Source: Acidobacteriota bacterium
Lineage (GTDB): Bacteria > Acidobacteriota > UBA6911 > RPQK01 > JAJDTT01
Direction of reading: 5' to 3'
Length of the DNA: 64,000 bases
NCBI GenBank assembly: GCA_965263035.1
Contig: OZ253580.1
Span: forward strand, 3,616,001 to 3,680,000
Shown piece by piece: positions 28,433 through 37,276 of this stretch; positions within the stretch are counted from its first letter, which is position 1, and each line of letters begins with the position of its first letter. A model generated the notes under the pieces. It was not told the origin of the DNA, ran no database searches, and saw only the letters and a list, made by a program, of their open reading frames with translations. Both the position numbers and the translations under genes were made by a program.

Positions 28433-29710
28433 GTGCCCCGAACCCACGTCATCGGCGCCGGCTTGGCGGGTCTTGCCACCGCAGTGTCACTCGTGCGGCA
28501 GGGCCAGGACGTGACGCTCTACGAAAAAGGCCGGCATGCGGGAGGCCGCTGCCGCTCATACGTCGATGCCAAGCTTGATCGCACGATAGACAACGGCAAC
28601 CATCTGCTGCTGAGCGGCAACCAGGCCGCGATGCGCTACCTGGCAGACATCGAGGCCAACGACTCTCTGATCGGCCCGGCTTCCGCCTGCTTTCCCTTCC
28701 TGGATTTACGCACGGGTCAGCGATGGCTGCTGCGGCCGAATGCCGGGAGAGTCCCGTGGTGGATCCTGAACCCCAGGCGGCGGGTGCCGGACACACGGGT
28801 CTGGAACTACCTTTCGGCGCTGCGGTTTGCCACGGCGGGCGCCGATACCACGGTGACCGACTGCGTCGGGGACACCGGGGTTCTGTTCGAAAGATTCTGG
28901 AGACCGCTGGCGGTTGGGGCATTGAATACGCCGGCTCGAGCCGGCGCGGCGCACCTTCTATGGGCCGTGTTGCGCGAGACCTTCGCCAAGGGAGAGGCGG
29001 CCTGCCGGCCACGGATCGCCAAGTTGGGACTCTCCGCCGCCTTCGTGGAGCCGGCGCTGAAATTCCTCCGCCGAAAGGGCGCGATGGTTCGGTTTGGCTG
29101 GCGCTTACGCAGGATCAGCTATCTGAGCCGCCGCGTCGATGGTCTGGACTTCGGTTCAGAGAGGGTTCAGTTGCAAGACGCTGAGGCCGTGGTTTTGGCA
29201 TTGCCGCCGCCGGCTGCGGCGGACCTGGTGCCGGCGCTGGCTGTACCCGATGAAACTCAGGCCATCGTCAACGCCCATTTCCGCCTGTCCGCACCTGCCA
29301 GCCTGCCGCCGGAGCTTCCCCTGCTAGGGCTCATCGGGGGGACCGCGCAGTGGCTCTTCGCACGTGGTGACGTTGCCTCGATCACGGTCAGTGCGGCGGA
29401 TGCGCTGGCCGCCGAGCCAGCTCCAACCATAGCCCGAAAGGCGTGGAACGACGTTGCCGGTGCACTTGGCCACGACCCGGAGACATTGCCAACGTATCGA
29501 ATCGTCAAAGAAAAGCGGGCCACGTTTGCCCAGACGCCGGAGCAGGTAAAGCGCCGCCCGCAGACCAGAAGTGCATTTGCCAACCTGTACTTGGCGGGGG
29601 ACTGGACCAATACGGGTCTGCCCGCAACCATCGAGAGCGCCGTTCGTTCGGGTCACACGGCCGCCCGCGCCGTCCTCCATGATGCACTGAAGCATGTCAA
29701 CCCGACATGA
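28433..29710 (+). CDS. hpnE: Hydroxysqualene dehydroxylase HpnE (FAD-dependent)
   Basis: GAGLAGL, GGRCRS, DNGNHLLL, EKRATF, LAGDWT.TGLPATIESAVRSG. Confidence 0.93.
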   Translation: MPRTHVIGAGLAGLATAVSLVRQGQDVTLYEKGRHAGGRCRSYVDAKLDRTIDNGNHLLLSGNQAAMRYLADIEANDSLIGPASACFPFLDLRTGQRWLLRPNAGRVPWWILNPRRRVPDTRVWNYLSALRFATAGADTTVTDCVGDTGVLFERFWRPLAVGALNTPARAGAAHLLWAVLRETFAKGEAACRPRIAKLGLSAAFVEPALKFLRRKGAMVRFGWRLRRISYLSRRVDGLDFGSERVQLQDAEAVVLALPPPAAADLVPALAVPDETQAIVNAHFRLSAPASLPPELPLLGLIGGTAQWLFARGDVASITVSAADALAAEPAPTIARKAWNDVAGALGHDPETLPTYRIVKEKRATFAQTPEQVKRRPQTRSAFANLYLAGDWTNTGLPATIESAVRSGHTAARAVLHDALKHVNPT

Positions 29711-29936
29711 CGGAGGTGATGGGTTCACAGGGAACCGCCGCCGGAGGACCCGAGGAACGGCGAGTCCCGGGGCCTCGGATAAACTCGGAGACGGCAGGAG
29801 AAGCGGGAGACTGAGGTCCACTCCACAGAAGCTGTGGCGTCGGAGTATCTCCCAAAGAATCAACAAAATACGGGCGAATCCCCAAGACGGAACCCAGGGG
29901 ACCAACCTCCCCTTGGTCGCGTGAGGAAAGGGTCGC

Positions 29937-30569
29937 TTGAGTTGGCCGCCCCGCGACACGACTTCCCAGGGCCTGCGCCGGCTTGATGGGCGGGCACAGG
30001 ATTGGCTCAGTGCCAATATGCCCGACCGCGCGGCTGCGGCGACGGGCCTCAGTATGGTCTTCGCTCACCTTTCCCAACGAAATATCGAAGGCATGCTGCG
30101 CGGAACCATCATCGCCATGGCCATCGTTTCTTTCATCCTGATCCTCGTTTTCAGGAGTGTGCGTCTTGGACTCGTCAGCCTGATACCCAATTTCATTCCC
30201 GCAGCCATGAGCTTCGGTCTGTGGGGCTATCTCTTCGGTCGTGTGGGTATTGCCTCATCTGTGGTCACGGCAATCGCCTTCGGCATCGTCGTGGACGATA
30301 CGATCCATTTTCTGAGCCATTATCTGAAGGCTCGCCGCAAGGGCCTCCCGGCGCCCGAGGCTGTGCGATCCACCTTCAATGCCGTCGGCCAAGCGTTGTG
30401 GAGTACGACCGCGGTCTTGTCGGCTGGTTTCCTGGTATTCGCTTCGTCGGGATTCGAGATCAGTTGGGCGCTTGGGATCTTGGTCACCATCACCATCGTT
30501 TTCGCGCTCCTGGCCGATTTCTTACTGCTCCCGACTCTGCTGATGGCTATCGATCGGAGAAAATCATGA
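29937..30569 (+). pseudogene. C-terminal fragment of an MMPL/RND family transporter (5'-truncated)
   Basis: Only about 200 aa: ATGLSMVFAH, LVSLIPN.IP, IAFGIVVDDTIHF, VGQAL..T..L.AGF, DFLLLP.LL. This is the second TM half of what is normally a 750-800 aa protein. Upstream frames are closed and no convincing start is present. Confidence 0.8.
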
Positions 30570-31390
30570 TCCAGTTTCATCTCACCCGATCGGCGCTCGT
30601 GTTTGTCGTCTCTTGCATTGCCTTCCTTGCGTGTCTGAGTCAGCAGCCTCTCGCCCGTTCAGACGACGCCACGCCCGAGGAAATCGGACTGAAGATCGCT
30701 CTCGAAGCTCGAGAGCAGGCGGAGGGTTTTGGCAATTTCACGGCTCGTCAGACCATGGTGCTGCGCAACAAGCAGGGCCAGGAGAGTCGGCGTCAGCTCC
30801 GGGTAAGGGTTCTCGAGGTCGCCGGAGACGGAGATAAGAGCATGTTCGTCTTCGATGAGCCGCGTGATGTCAACGGGACTGCGCTACTAATCCATTCCCA
30901 TAGAGGCAGCGCGGACGGGCAGTGGCTATATTTGCCCGCTCTGAAACGGGTCAAGCGGATCAGCTCGTCCAACCGTTCCGGCTCCTTCATGGGCAGTGAA
31001 TTCGCGTATGAGGACATGAGCGCACAGGAAGTGGAGAAATTCAGCTATCGGTACGTGCGTGACGAGCCTTGCGGGGAGTTGACGTGCACCGTGTCCGAAC
31101 GGGTCCCGGTGGACAAGAAATCGGGTTACCGCCGTCAGCTGGTATGGCGGGACAAAGACGAGTTACGCGTCTGGAAGGTGGAGTACTACGACCGCAAGGA
31201 TTCGCATCTGAAGACTCTCACCCTGGGAAATCACCGGCAGTACCTGGATCGTTACTGGCAGGCCGGCGAGATGACCATGGTGAACCATCTCACCGGAAAG
31301 AGCACCGTTCTGACCTGGACGGAGTATCAGTTCCGCACCAAGCTCAACGACCGCGACTTCACCCGCACCGGACTGCAACGGGTTCGTTGA
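30566..31390 (+). CDS. Outer membrane lipoprotein-sorting (LolA-like) protein
   Basis: Signal peptide; F.EPRDV.GTALL, QWLYLPALKRVKRISS, SFMGSEFAYED, YYDRK...LKTL. ATGA overlap with the MMPL fragment. Confidence 0.88.
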   Translation: MIQFHLTRSALVFVVSCIAFLACLSQQPLARSDDATPEEIGLKIALEAREQAEGFGNFTARQTMVLRNKQGQESRRQLRVRVLEVAGDGDKSMFVFDEPRDVNGTALLIHSHRGSADGQWLYLPALKRVKRISSSNRSGSFMGSEFAYEDMSAQEVEKFSYRYVRDEPCGELTCTVSERVPVDKKSGYRRQLVWRDKDELRVWKVEYYDRKDSHLKTLTLGNHRQYLDRYWQAGEMTMVNHLTGKSTVLTWTEYQFRTKLNDRDFTRTGLQRVR

Positions 31391-32640
31391 TGCTCCTCCG
31401 GTCCGTTTTTCAGTGCGTGCCGCTCGGCGCTGCCTGGATACTGGTTTCAGTCTGTCTGGTCGGGGTGCGGGCCGAGATCGTCAGGCGCGAGTTCTCCGGG
31501 CGCTTGAGCGTCGAAGGCCGGTGGCATCCACAACGTGGGGCCTATGCTGGCCAACGCTCACATGCGAGCGGTTTTTTCGCCGAACCCAAACTCTATCTCG
31601 AAGACCATGCGGGCCGAAGCCTCAATCTGGTGCCGTTCTTTCGCTACGATGCCGGGGACCCGCGCCGCACCCATGCCGATCTGCGTGAGGCCTATCTGCT
31701 GCTGTTCGGTGATATGGGCAATGATGAATGGGCGCTGCGGCTGGGCGTCGACCAGGTCTTCTGGAGTGTCACCGAGTCACGCCATCTTGTCAACATCGTC
31801 AACCAGATCGACTTGGTGGAACACCCGTACAAGGAGCCTAAGCTGGGTCAACCCATGGCCCATCTCACCTTTTCAGGAGATTGGGGAACAGCCGAAGTAT
31901 TCGGCCAGACCTATCACCGTGGCCGCACCTTTCCGAGCCGTTTCGGCCGCCTGCGTTTCCCGGTCGTCGTGGACCATGATCGGGCCGCCTATGAGAGCGA
32001 CGCCAAGCAGTGGCATCTGGATGTCGCCGGCCGCTACAGTCGCAGTTTCGGGCCCCTCGACCTGGGCATGAGCGTTTTCGACGGCACTAGTCGAGACCCC
32101 TTTCTGATTCTGGACCTGGACCGCGCCGAAGAACCGTCCCTGGTCCCGTATTATGAGCAGATCCGGCAGTTCGGGCTGGACGCCCAGCTCACGGCCGGTT
32201 CGTGGCTGTTCAAGCTCGAGGCGATTCGGCGAACCGGCGCCCGAAACCGCCTCGGTGTGGAAGAGGACTACTCGGCTTCCTCCTTTGGCGGCGAATATAC
32301 GTTCTATTCCGTATCGGGCTCGGCTGTGGATCTAACGCTGCTCAGCGAATGGAACTACGACGACCGGCGCCAATTTGCCACCAACATCTTCCAGAATGAT
32401 GTTTTCCTTGCCGCGAGGATAGCGTTCAATGACGTTCAGAGCACAGAGATTCTCACCAGCATTCTGCGAGACGCCGACAGTGCCGGCCAAGTACTGACTC
32501 TGGAATTGAACCGGCGCATCTCGGACCAGTGGTCTCTGCGTCTGGAGGCGATCGCTCTTCGTGGTATCAGGGAAGCGGATCTCACCTATGTGACTCGGCG
32601 CGACAGCTTCGTCGAGTTGAACTTGATCTACAATTTTTGA
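31390..32640 (+). CDS. Putative outer-membrane beta-barrel protein (usual partner of MMPL + LolA-like)
   Basis: Signal peptide; DLREAY, G..QVFW.VTES.HLV.IVNQ.D; amphipathic strands; terminal LIYNF. Confidence 0.75.
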   Translation: MLLRSVFQCVPLGAAWILVSVCLVGVRAEIVRREFSGRLSVEGRWHPQRGAYAGQRSHASGFFAEPKLYLEDHAGRSLNLVPFFRYDAGDPRRTHADLREAYLLLFGDMGNDEWALRLGVDQVFWSVTESRHLVNIVNQIDLVEHPYKEPKLGQPMAHLTFSGDWGTAEVFGQTYHRGRTFPSRFGRLRFPVVVDHDRAAYESDAKQWHLDVAGRYSRSFGPLDLGMSVFDGTSRDPFLILDLDRAEEPSLVPYYEQIRQFGLDAQLTAGSWLFKLEAIRRTGARNRLGVEEDYSASSFGGEYTFYSVSGSAVDLTLLSEWNYDDRRQFATNIFQNDVFLAARIAFNDVQSTEILTSILRDADSAGQVLTLELNRRISDQWSLRLEAIALRGIREADLTYVTRRDSFVELNLIYNF

Positions 32641-32878
32641 AAGCCGGTATTGTCCCATCGGCAGCAATCGACCGCCTCAGCTGAGTCCCAAACTCCGTTC
32701 TGCCCACGCCTGAGATGCCGCCTTCCGCTTCTTTGGAATTCAGCTGCGCGCTGGATATTCCGGCGAGGATTTCTATCTGTAGGCCGTGCGGTAGTGGTTT
32801 TGCTTGGATGTCCACCGGTGGTAGTATCCCCGATAAATTGTTGGAAGCCTCAGGTTGCAATATCCGGGAGTCAGAGCT

Positions 32879-33217
32879 ATGGAGGTACATGCCGAGCGGG
32901 AAGATGGAATCTTGATCGCCCGAGCGGAGGGCCGTGTCGACGGCACCAACGCCCGCGAGTTCGAGGAGGCGCTCCACGCGGCCATCGGGGAGGATGATCG
33001 ACTCCTGATCATGGACCTGCAGGAACTCTCCTACATCAGCAGCCCCGGCCTTCGAGTTTGTCTGATGATTGCCAAGAAGCTCCAGAGACAGGGTGGAAAG
33101 CTCGTGGTCTGCTCGCTCACCGAAACCGTCAACCAGGTGTTTGAGATCAGTGGTTTCAGCAGAATCATCCCCACTCATGCCTCCCGGTCCGAAGCGGTCG
33201 CCAAGCACGGCGGCTAG
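32879..33217 (+). CDS. STAS anti-anti-sigma factor, copy 2
   Basis: 112 aa, about 70% identical to copy 1 by manual count; LSYISSPGLRV. Confidence 0.93.
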   Translation: MEVHAEREDGILIARAEGRVDGTNAREFEEALHAAIGEDDRLLIMDLQELSYISSPGLRVCLMIAKKLQRQGGKLVVCSLTETVNQVFEISGFSRIIPTHASRSEAVAKHGG

Positions 33218-33351
33218 GATTTCACCTTGGAGACCAGGCTTGGCGCCGGCCGAGTCTTTCGCATTTCGCTGTCGGGCACGCCTGATGGCGAGCGGTATTG
33301 GAAGCGGAAGGAGATTTCGTTGGTGACGAGGCACAGTCGTCCCTTTTTTCC

Positions 33352-33387
33352 TGCATGACGTTCCGTCGGAGCGAGAGGCATCATTGA
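33352..33387 (+). pseudogene. 3' scar of a deleted second REC-PP2C phosphatase gene
   Basis: CMTFRRSERHH* aligns codon for codon with CMVLYRRESDR* (25922-25957) and has the same TTGA overlap into RsbW. Confidence 0.7.
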
Positions 33388-33803
33388 GCCGGAAGCTTTC
33401 CCTGGAGATCGACCCCAGAGTTGACGAGCTGAGTACGATTACGGCCGCCATCGAGCAGTTCGGGGACGCGGAGCAATGGCCGCCCGATATGGTCTTTCAA
33501 ATCAATCTGGTTATCGAAGAGCTGGGACTCAACATCATGACCCACGGGAAGAGCGAGGATCTCGAGAAGATCGAGATCATGCTGACCGCGGAAGGGGAGT
33601 CCCTCACCATCGAAATCGTGGACAATGGTCGTCCGTTCGACCCGACCAGCGATGCTCCCGAACCCGATCTGGGTTCCGAATTGGGGGAACGCAGCATTGG
33701 TGGGCTCGGTGTCCATATCGTACGCAGCTTGGTGGACAGCTTGTGCTACCGGCGTCAGGGGGGGAGAAACCATGTGACTCTGGTCAAGGAGCGGGTCCGG
33801 TGA
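33384..33803 (+). CDS. Anti-sigma factor Ser kinase (RsbW-like), copy 2
   Basis: Paralog of 25954-26373 (SRKLSL, FGDAEQWPPD, LTIEIVDNGRPFDP, GGLGV). Confidence 0.92.
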   Translation: MSRKLSLEIDPRVDELSTITAAIEQFGDAEQWPPDMVFQINLVIEELGLNIMTHGKSEDLEKIEIMLTAEGESLTIEIVDNGRPFDPTSDAPEPDLGSELGERSIGGLGVHIVRSLVDSLCYRRQGGRNHVTLVKERVR

Positions 33804-34984
33804 AGCGATGCGCCGGCCGGCCGGCCGGTCTTTTCATACTGGCAGTTGCTTGGTTAATGACAGCGCTGCCGGTGCCGGCGCAGCAACCCGGCGTTTCCGG
33901 CCAACGCATTCTCTTCGGACAGTCCGCCGCTTTCAGCGGTCCTGCCCAGGAATTGGGTATCAGCATGCGTCTCGGGATCGAGGCCGCCTTCCACGAGCTC
34001 AACCGGGCGGGCGGCGTCCACGGCCGGCGATTGGAGTTGACTGCGCTGGACGACGCCTACGAGCCGGAAGCCGCCGTCGCCAACACCCAGGCACTGATCA
34101 GGGAACAAAAGGTTTTTGCCCTCATCGGCGCCGTCGGCACACCGACCTCACGCGCGGCCTTACCGATTGCCGCGGACGCGAGTGTGCCCTATATCGCCCC
34201 GTTCACGGGTGCCGCGTTCCTGCGCGATGCCAATTGGAGCAATGTCATCAACCTGCGAGCCTCCTACAACCAGGAGACGGAGGAAATGGTGGCCCGGCTG
34301 ACCGAGGACATGGGCATCAAGCGGATCGCCGTGTTGTACCAGGACGATTCCTTCGGTCGAGCCGGATACCGTGGAGTGCGGGCCGCACTCGACCGGAGAA
34401 AGATGACGCCGGTTGCCATCGGTTTGTATCCTCGCAATACCCTGGCGGTGAAGATGGCTCTCCTGGATGTGAACGAGGGAGACCCCAAGGCCGTGATTCT
34501 CATCGGGGCGTACAAACCTCTCGCCACGTTCATCTCATGGGCGCGGTTTTCGGGCCTGCATGCCGTATTCATGAACATCTCCTTCGTCGGCAGCAACGCG
34601 TTGGCGAAAGAGCTCGGTCCCGGCGGTGCCGGTGTTTACGTCACTCAGGTCGTGCCCTTTCCGACCGACAGATCTGTTCCCATCGTCCTCGACTACCATC
34701 GCGCTCTTTCCGCCTATGCATCCGACGCGGTTCCCGGGTTCATATCCTTCGAAGGCTATCTGGCCGGACGCCTGGCCATTGCCGGCTTGAAGAAGTGCGG
34801 GCGTGAGGTCAGTCGAACCGGTTTTCTGGACGGTTTTCGCCAAGCCGGAATGATCGACCTCGGCGGGTTCCGACTTCGTTTCGGCAAAGAGGACAACCAG
34901 GGCTCGGACGCCGTTTTCCTGACCGTAATCGGTCGTGACGGTCGATATCGTCCGATCAGCTCACTGCTGGAAGCGGCGCCGTGA
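33800..34984 (+). CDS. Periplasmic solute-binding protein (Leu/Ile/Val-amide type, Peripla_BP_6)
   Basis: Signal peptide; ILFGQSAAFSGP, GGVHGRRLEL..LDDAYEP, VFALIG.VGTPT, NLRASY, YQDDSFG. GTGA overlaps on both sides. Confidence 0.9.
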   Translation: MKRCAGRPAGLFILAVAWLMTALPVPAQQPGVSGQRILFGQSAAFSGPAQELGISMRLGIEAAFHELNRAGGVHGRRLELTALDDAYEPEAAVANTQALIREQKVFALIGAVGTPTSRAALPIAADASVPYIAPFTGAAFLRDANWSNVINLRASYNQETEEMVARLTEDMGIKRIAVLYQDDSFGRAGYRGVRAALDRRKMTPVAIGLYPRNTLAVKMALLDVNEGDPKAVILIGAYKPLATFISWARFSGLHAVFMNISFVGSNALAKELGPGGAGVYVTQVVPFPTDRSVPIVLDYHRALSAYASDAVPGFISFEGYLAGRLAIAGLKKCGREVSRTGFLDGFRQAGMIDLGGFRLRFGKEDNQGSDAVFLTVIGRDGRYRPISSLLEAAP

Positions 34985-37170
34985 TCGAACGACTGAACCG
35001 TTTGGTCGGAAGTCTGCTGCAGAGTCGCTTTCGGATCTCGACCCAGCTCTACGCCACCATCGGGGGCGCCGTCGCTCTGACCATTTCCGCGAGCCTGGTG
35101 GGCTGGTTTTCCTTCGATCGCGTAGGCGATCTCCAGCGGCGGGTCAATGAACTTCGGTTTCCGGAATTGGAGGCGGCGTTCGGCGTCGCCCAGTACAGTG
35201 GAGCCTTGGTAGCGGCCGCACCGCGCCTGACCACGGCCGAAACGCCGGAGGACTTCAAAAAGGTCGCAGCCGGCATCGCCGAAGCGAATCAGGCGCTTGA
35301 GGACCAATTGGCCGTTCTGGAGCGGCAAGATTCGGCAGATGAACGCTTCCAGCGCATACGTGCGCATGCCGATACGCTGATCTCCAACATCCGGGCGATT
35401 GAAACCGACATGTCCGCGATTTACACGCTGACCGATCGGAGTGCGGATCTGCGAACGGAACTCTTGGATTTGCAGGGAAGCCTGCAGCGGGTGATCTTCC
35501 CGGCCGTCGACGACCAGTTCTTCTACACCATCACGGGGCACCGCACCCTGGGTGAACCTCCGGCCCCTCGTTGGAAACATTTTTCGGAAGCTGAGTTCGA
35601 TCGTTTTCGCCATCTGACCGATCTTCTCGCGGACGCCAATATCGCAACCCAACTTCTGGACAGCGCCTTCACGGTTTCGGATGCCTTCTTGATTGAGCCT
35701 TTGAGGGACAAGTTCGAGGCCTCCCGCAACCGCATAGAACTGAGCCTTTCGACGTTGGAAGGATCCCAGTTGGGTGGCCGGATCTCGTCCGATTTACAAC
35801 GCCTGTTCGAGTTGGGGGCCGGGGAGGAGGGCTGCCTGAATCTGCTGGTCCGTCAACTCAGACTTACGGCGCGGCAGAGGGGGCTCTTGGCGAGAAACCA
35901 GGAGATCACCATCGATCTGGTGACCGAAGTCGATGAGCTGGTGAAAGCGTCGCAAGCGAGCGCGGCAGCGGCCACTCAAGAATCCACACAGGCCATCCTG
36001 GCAGGCCGGATCCTGCTCGTCGCCATCAACGGGCTCAGCATCGTTGGAGCCGTGCTCATCGCCTGGCTGATCGTGGGCCGGATATTGCTGCGCCGCCTGG
36101 CGCTGTTGTCGCAGCGCATGCGGCGAATGGCCGGCGGAGAATTGGAGGGCACGGTCGAGATCGAAGGACGGGACGAGGTAGCCGACATGGCCGCGGCCCT
36201 CGAGGTGTTTCGCCGTCACGCCCTGGAGGTTCAGCGTCTGAACCTGGTGGAGAAGCTGGCGGAGGAATTGCGCGGTAAGAACGACCAATTGGAGAGCGTG
36301 CTCGCAGACTTGCGGAAGGCTCAGGACCAGATCGTCATGCGTGAGAAGCTGGCGGCGCTCGGTGAGCTCACCGCGGGCGTCGCCCATGAGATCAGGAATC
36401 CTTTGAACTTCGTCAAGAACTTCGCGGAGGCGTCGGAGGAACTCTTGGAGGAACTCCAGGAAATCCTCGAAGAAGAGAGCAAAAAATTGAAAGCGGACGA
36501 CCGCGAACTGGTCGAGGAGTTGATTCAGGATCTCAACGATAATCTTCGGCGCATCCACTCACACGGTGAACGGGCCAACCGGATCGTTCACGACATGCTC
36601 ATGATGGGACGCGGCTCAGGCGAGTGGCAGGTGACCGACGTCAACAATCTGCTCGATGAACACACCCGGCTCGCCTACCATAGCGCCAGGGCGGCCGATC
36701 CTGACTTCCAACTCCACATGGAGATGAGTCTGGATCCGGAGACGGGTCACTTCGAAGTCATTCCGCAGGACATGGGCCGGGTTTTTCTGAACATGGTGAG
36801 CAACGCCTGCTACGCCACCGATCAGAAACGGCGCGCGGCTGTCGAGGCGGGGAAAGGGCCTTTCGACTACATGCCGACTCTGTGGCTTGCCACCCGGCGT
36901 CTTGATGACCGCGTGGAGGTCCGAATCAAGGACAATGGGAACGGAATTCCAGCCGAGATCGTGGACAGGATCTTCAATCCGTTCTTCACGACGAAACCCA
37001 CCGACCAGGGAACAGGGTTGGGCCTTGCTCTTTCCAACGACATCGTGCGGGAGCATGGAGGATCCATTCGAGTGGAAACCGTACCCGGCGAGTACACCGA
37101 AATGATTGTCGAGGTTCCCGTGATGCGCCCCGTGGCCATGGAAGGGGCCCCCGGCCGGCAACCGAGTTAG
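34981..37170 (+). CDS. Membrane sensor histidine kinase (TorS-like helical periplasmic domain, HAMP, HisKA, HATPase)
   Basis: Two TMs around a roughly 300-aa helical domain; HAMP GRDEVADMA.A; H-box TAGVAHEIRNPLN; DNGNGIP, FNPFFTTKP..QGTGLGL. The TorS likeness of the sensor domain is by eye. Confidence 0.88.
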   Translation: MIERLNRLVGSLLQSRFRISTQLYATIGGAVALTISASLVGWFSFDRVGDLQRRVNELRFPELEAAFGVAQYSGALVAAAPRLTTAETPEDFKKVAAGIAEANQALEDQLAVLERQDSADERFQRIRAHADTLISNIRAIETDMSAIYTLTDRSADLRTELLDLQGSLQRVIFPAVDDQFFYTITGHRTLGEPPAPRWKHFSEAEFDRFRHLTDLLADANIATQLLDSAFTVSDAFLIEPLRDKFEASRNRIELSLSTLEGSQLGGRISSDLQRLFELGAGEEGCLNLLVRQLRLTARQRGLLARNQEITIDLVTEVDELVKASQASAAAATQESTQAILAGRILLVAINGLSIVGAVLIAWLIVGRILLRRLALLSQRMRRMAGGELEGTVEIEGRDEVADMAAALEVFRRHALEVQRLNLVEKLAEELRGKNDQLESVLADLRKAQDQIVMREKLAALGELTAGVAHEIRNPLNFVKNFAEASEELLEELQEILEEESKKLKADDRELVEELIQDLNDNLRRIHSHGERANRIVHDMLMMGRGSGEWQVTDVNNLLDEHTRLAYHSARAADPDFQLHMEMSLDPETGHFEVIPQDMGRVFLNMVSNACYATDQKRRAAVEAGKGPFDYMPTLWLATRRLDDRVEVRIKDNGNGIPAEIVDRIFNPFFTTKPTDQGTGLGLALSNDIVREHGGSIRVETVPGEYTEMIVEVPVMRPVAMEGAPGRQPS

Positions 37171-37276
37171 GACTTGGCCCGAGTTTCACCGCGCAACGTC
37201 GTCGCTGGAACGTTAATAGTGTCGATTCGCGAGATGTTCTAATCTCGAGCGAAATCGCGTTTCGCGAGTCAGCTTC

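Noticed and set aside
29937-30569. Calling the MMPL fragment hpnN because it follows hpnCDE
   Set aside because: Only a fragment is present, and its coupling to a LolA-like protein and a barrel fits a different MMPL subgroup. A phylogeny would be needed.
37171-37222. glnA glutamine riboswitch or sigma54 promoter (TGGAACG-TTAA-TAGT) upstream of the ATP-grasp gene; similar TGGTTCC-GGTA-TTGT near 47554
   Set aside because: The riboswitch GGAAGUA / GAAG core is absent, and both -12 elements read GT rather than the required GC.
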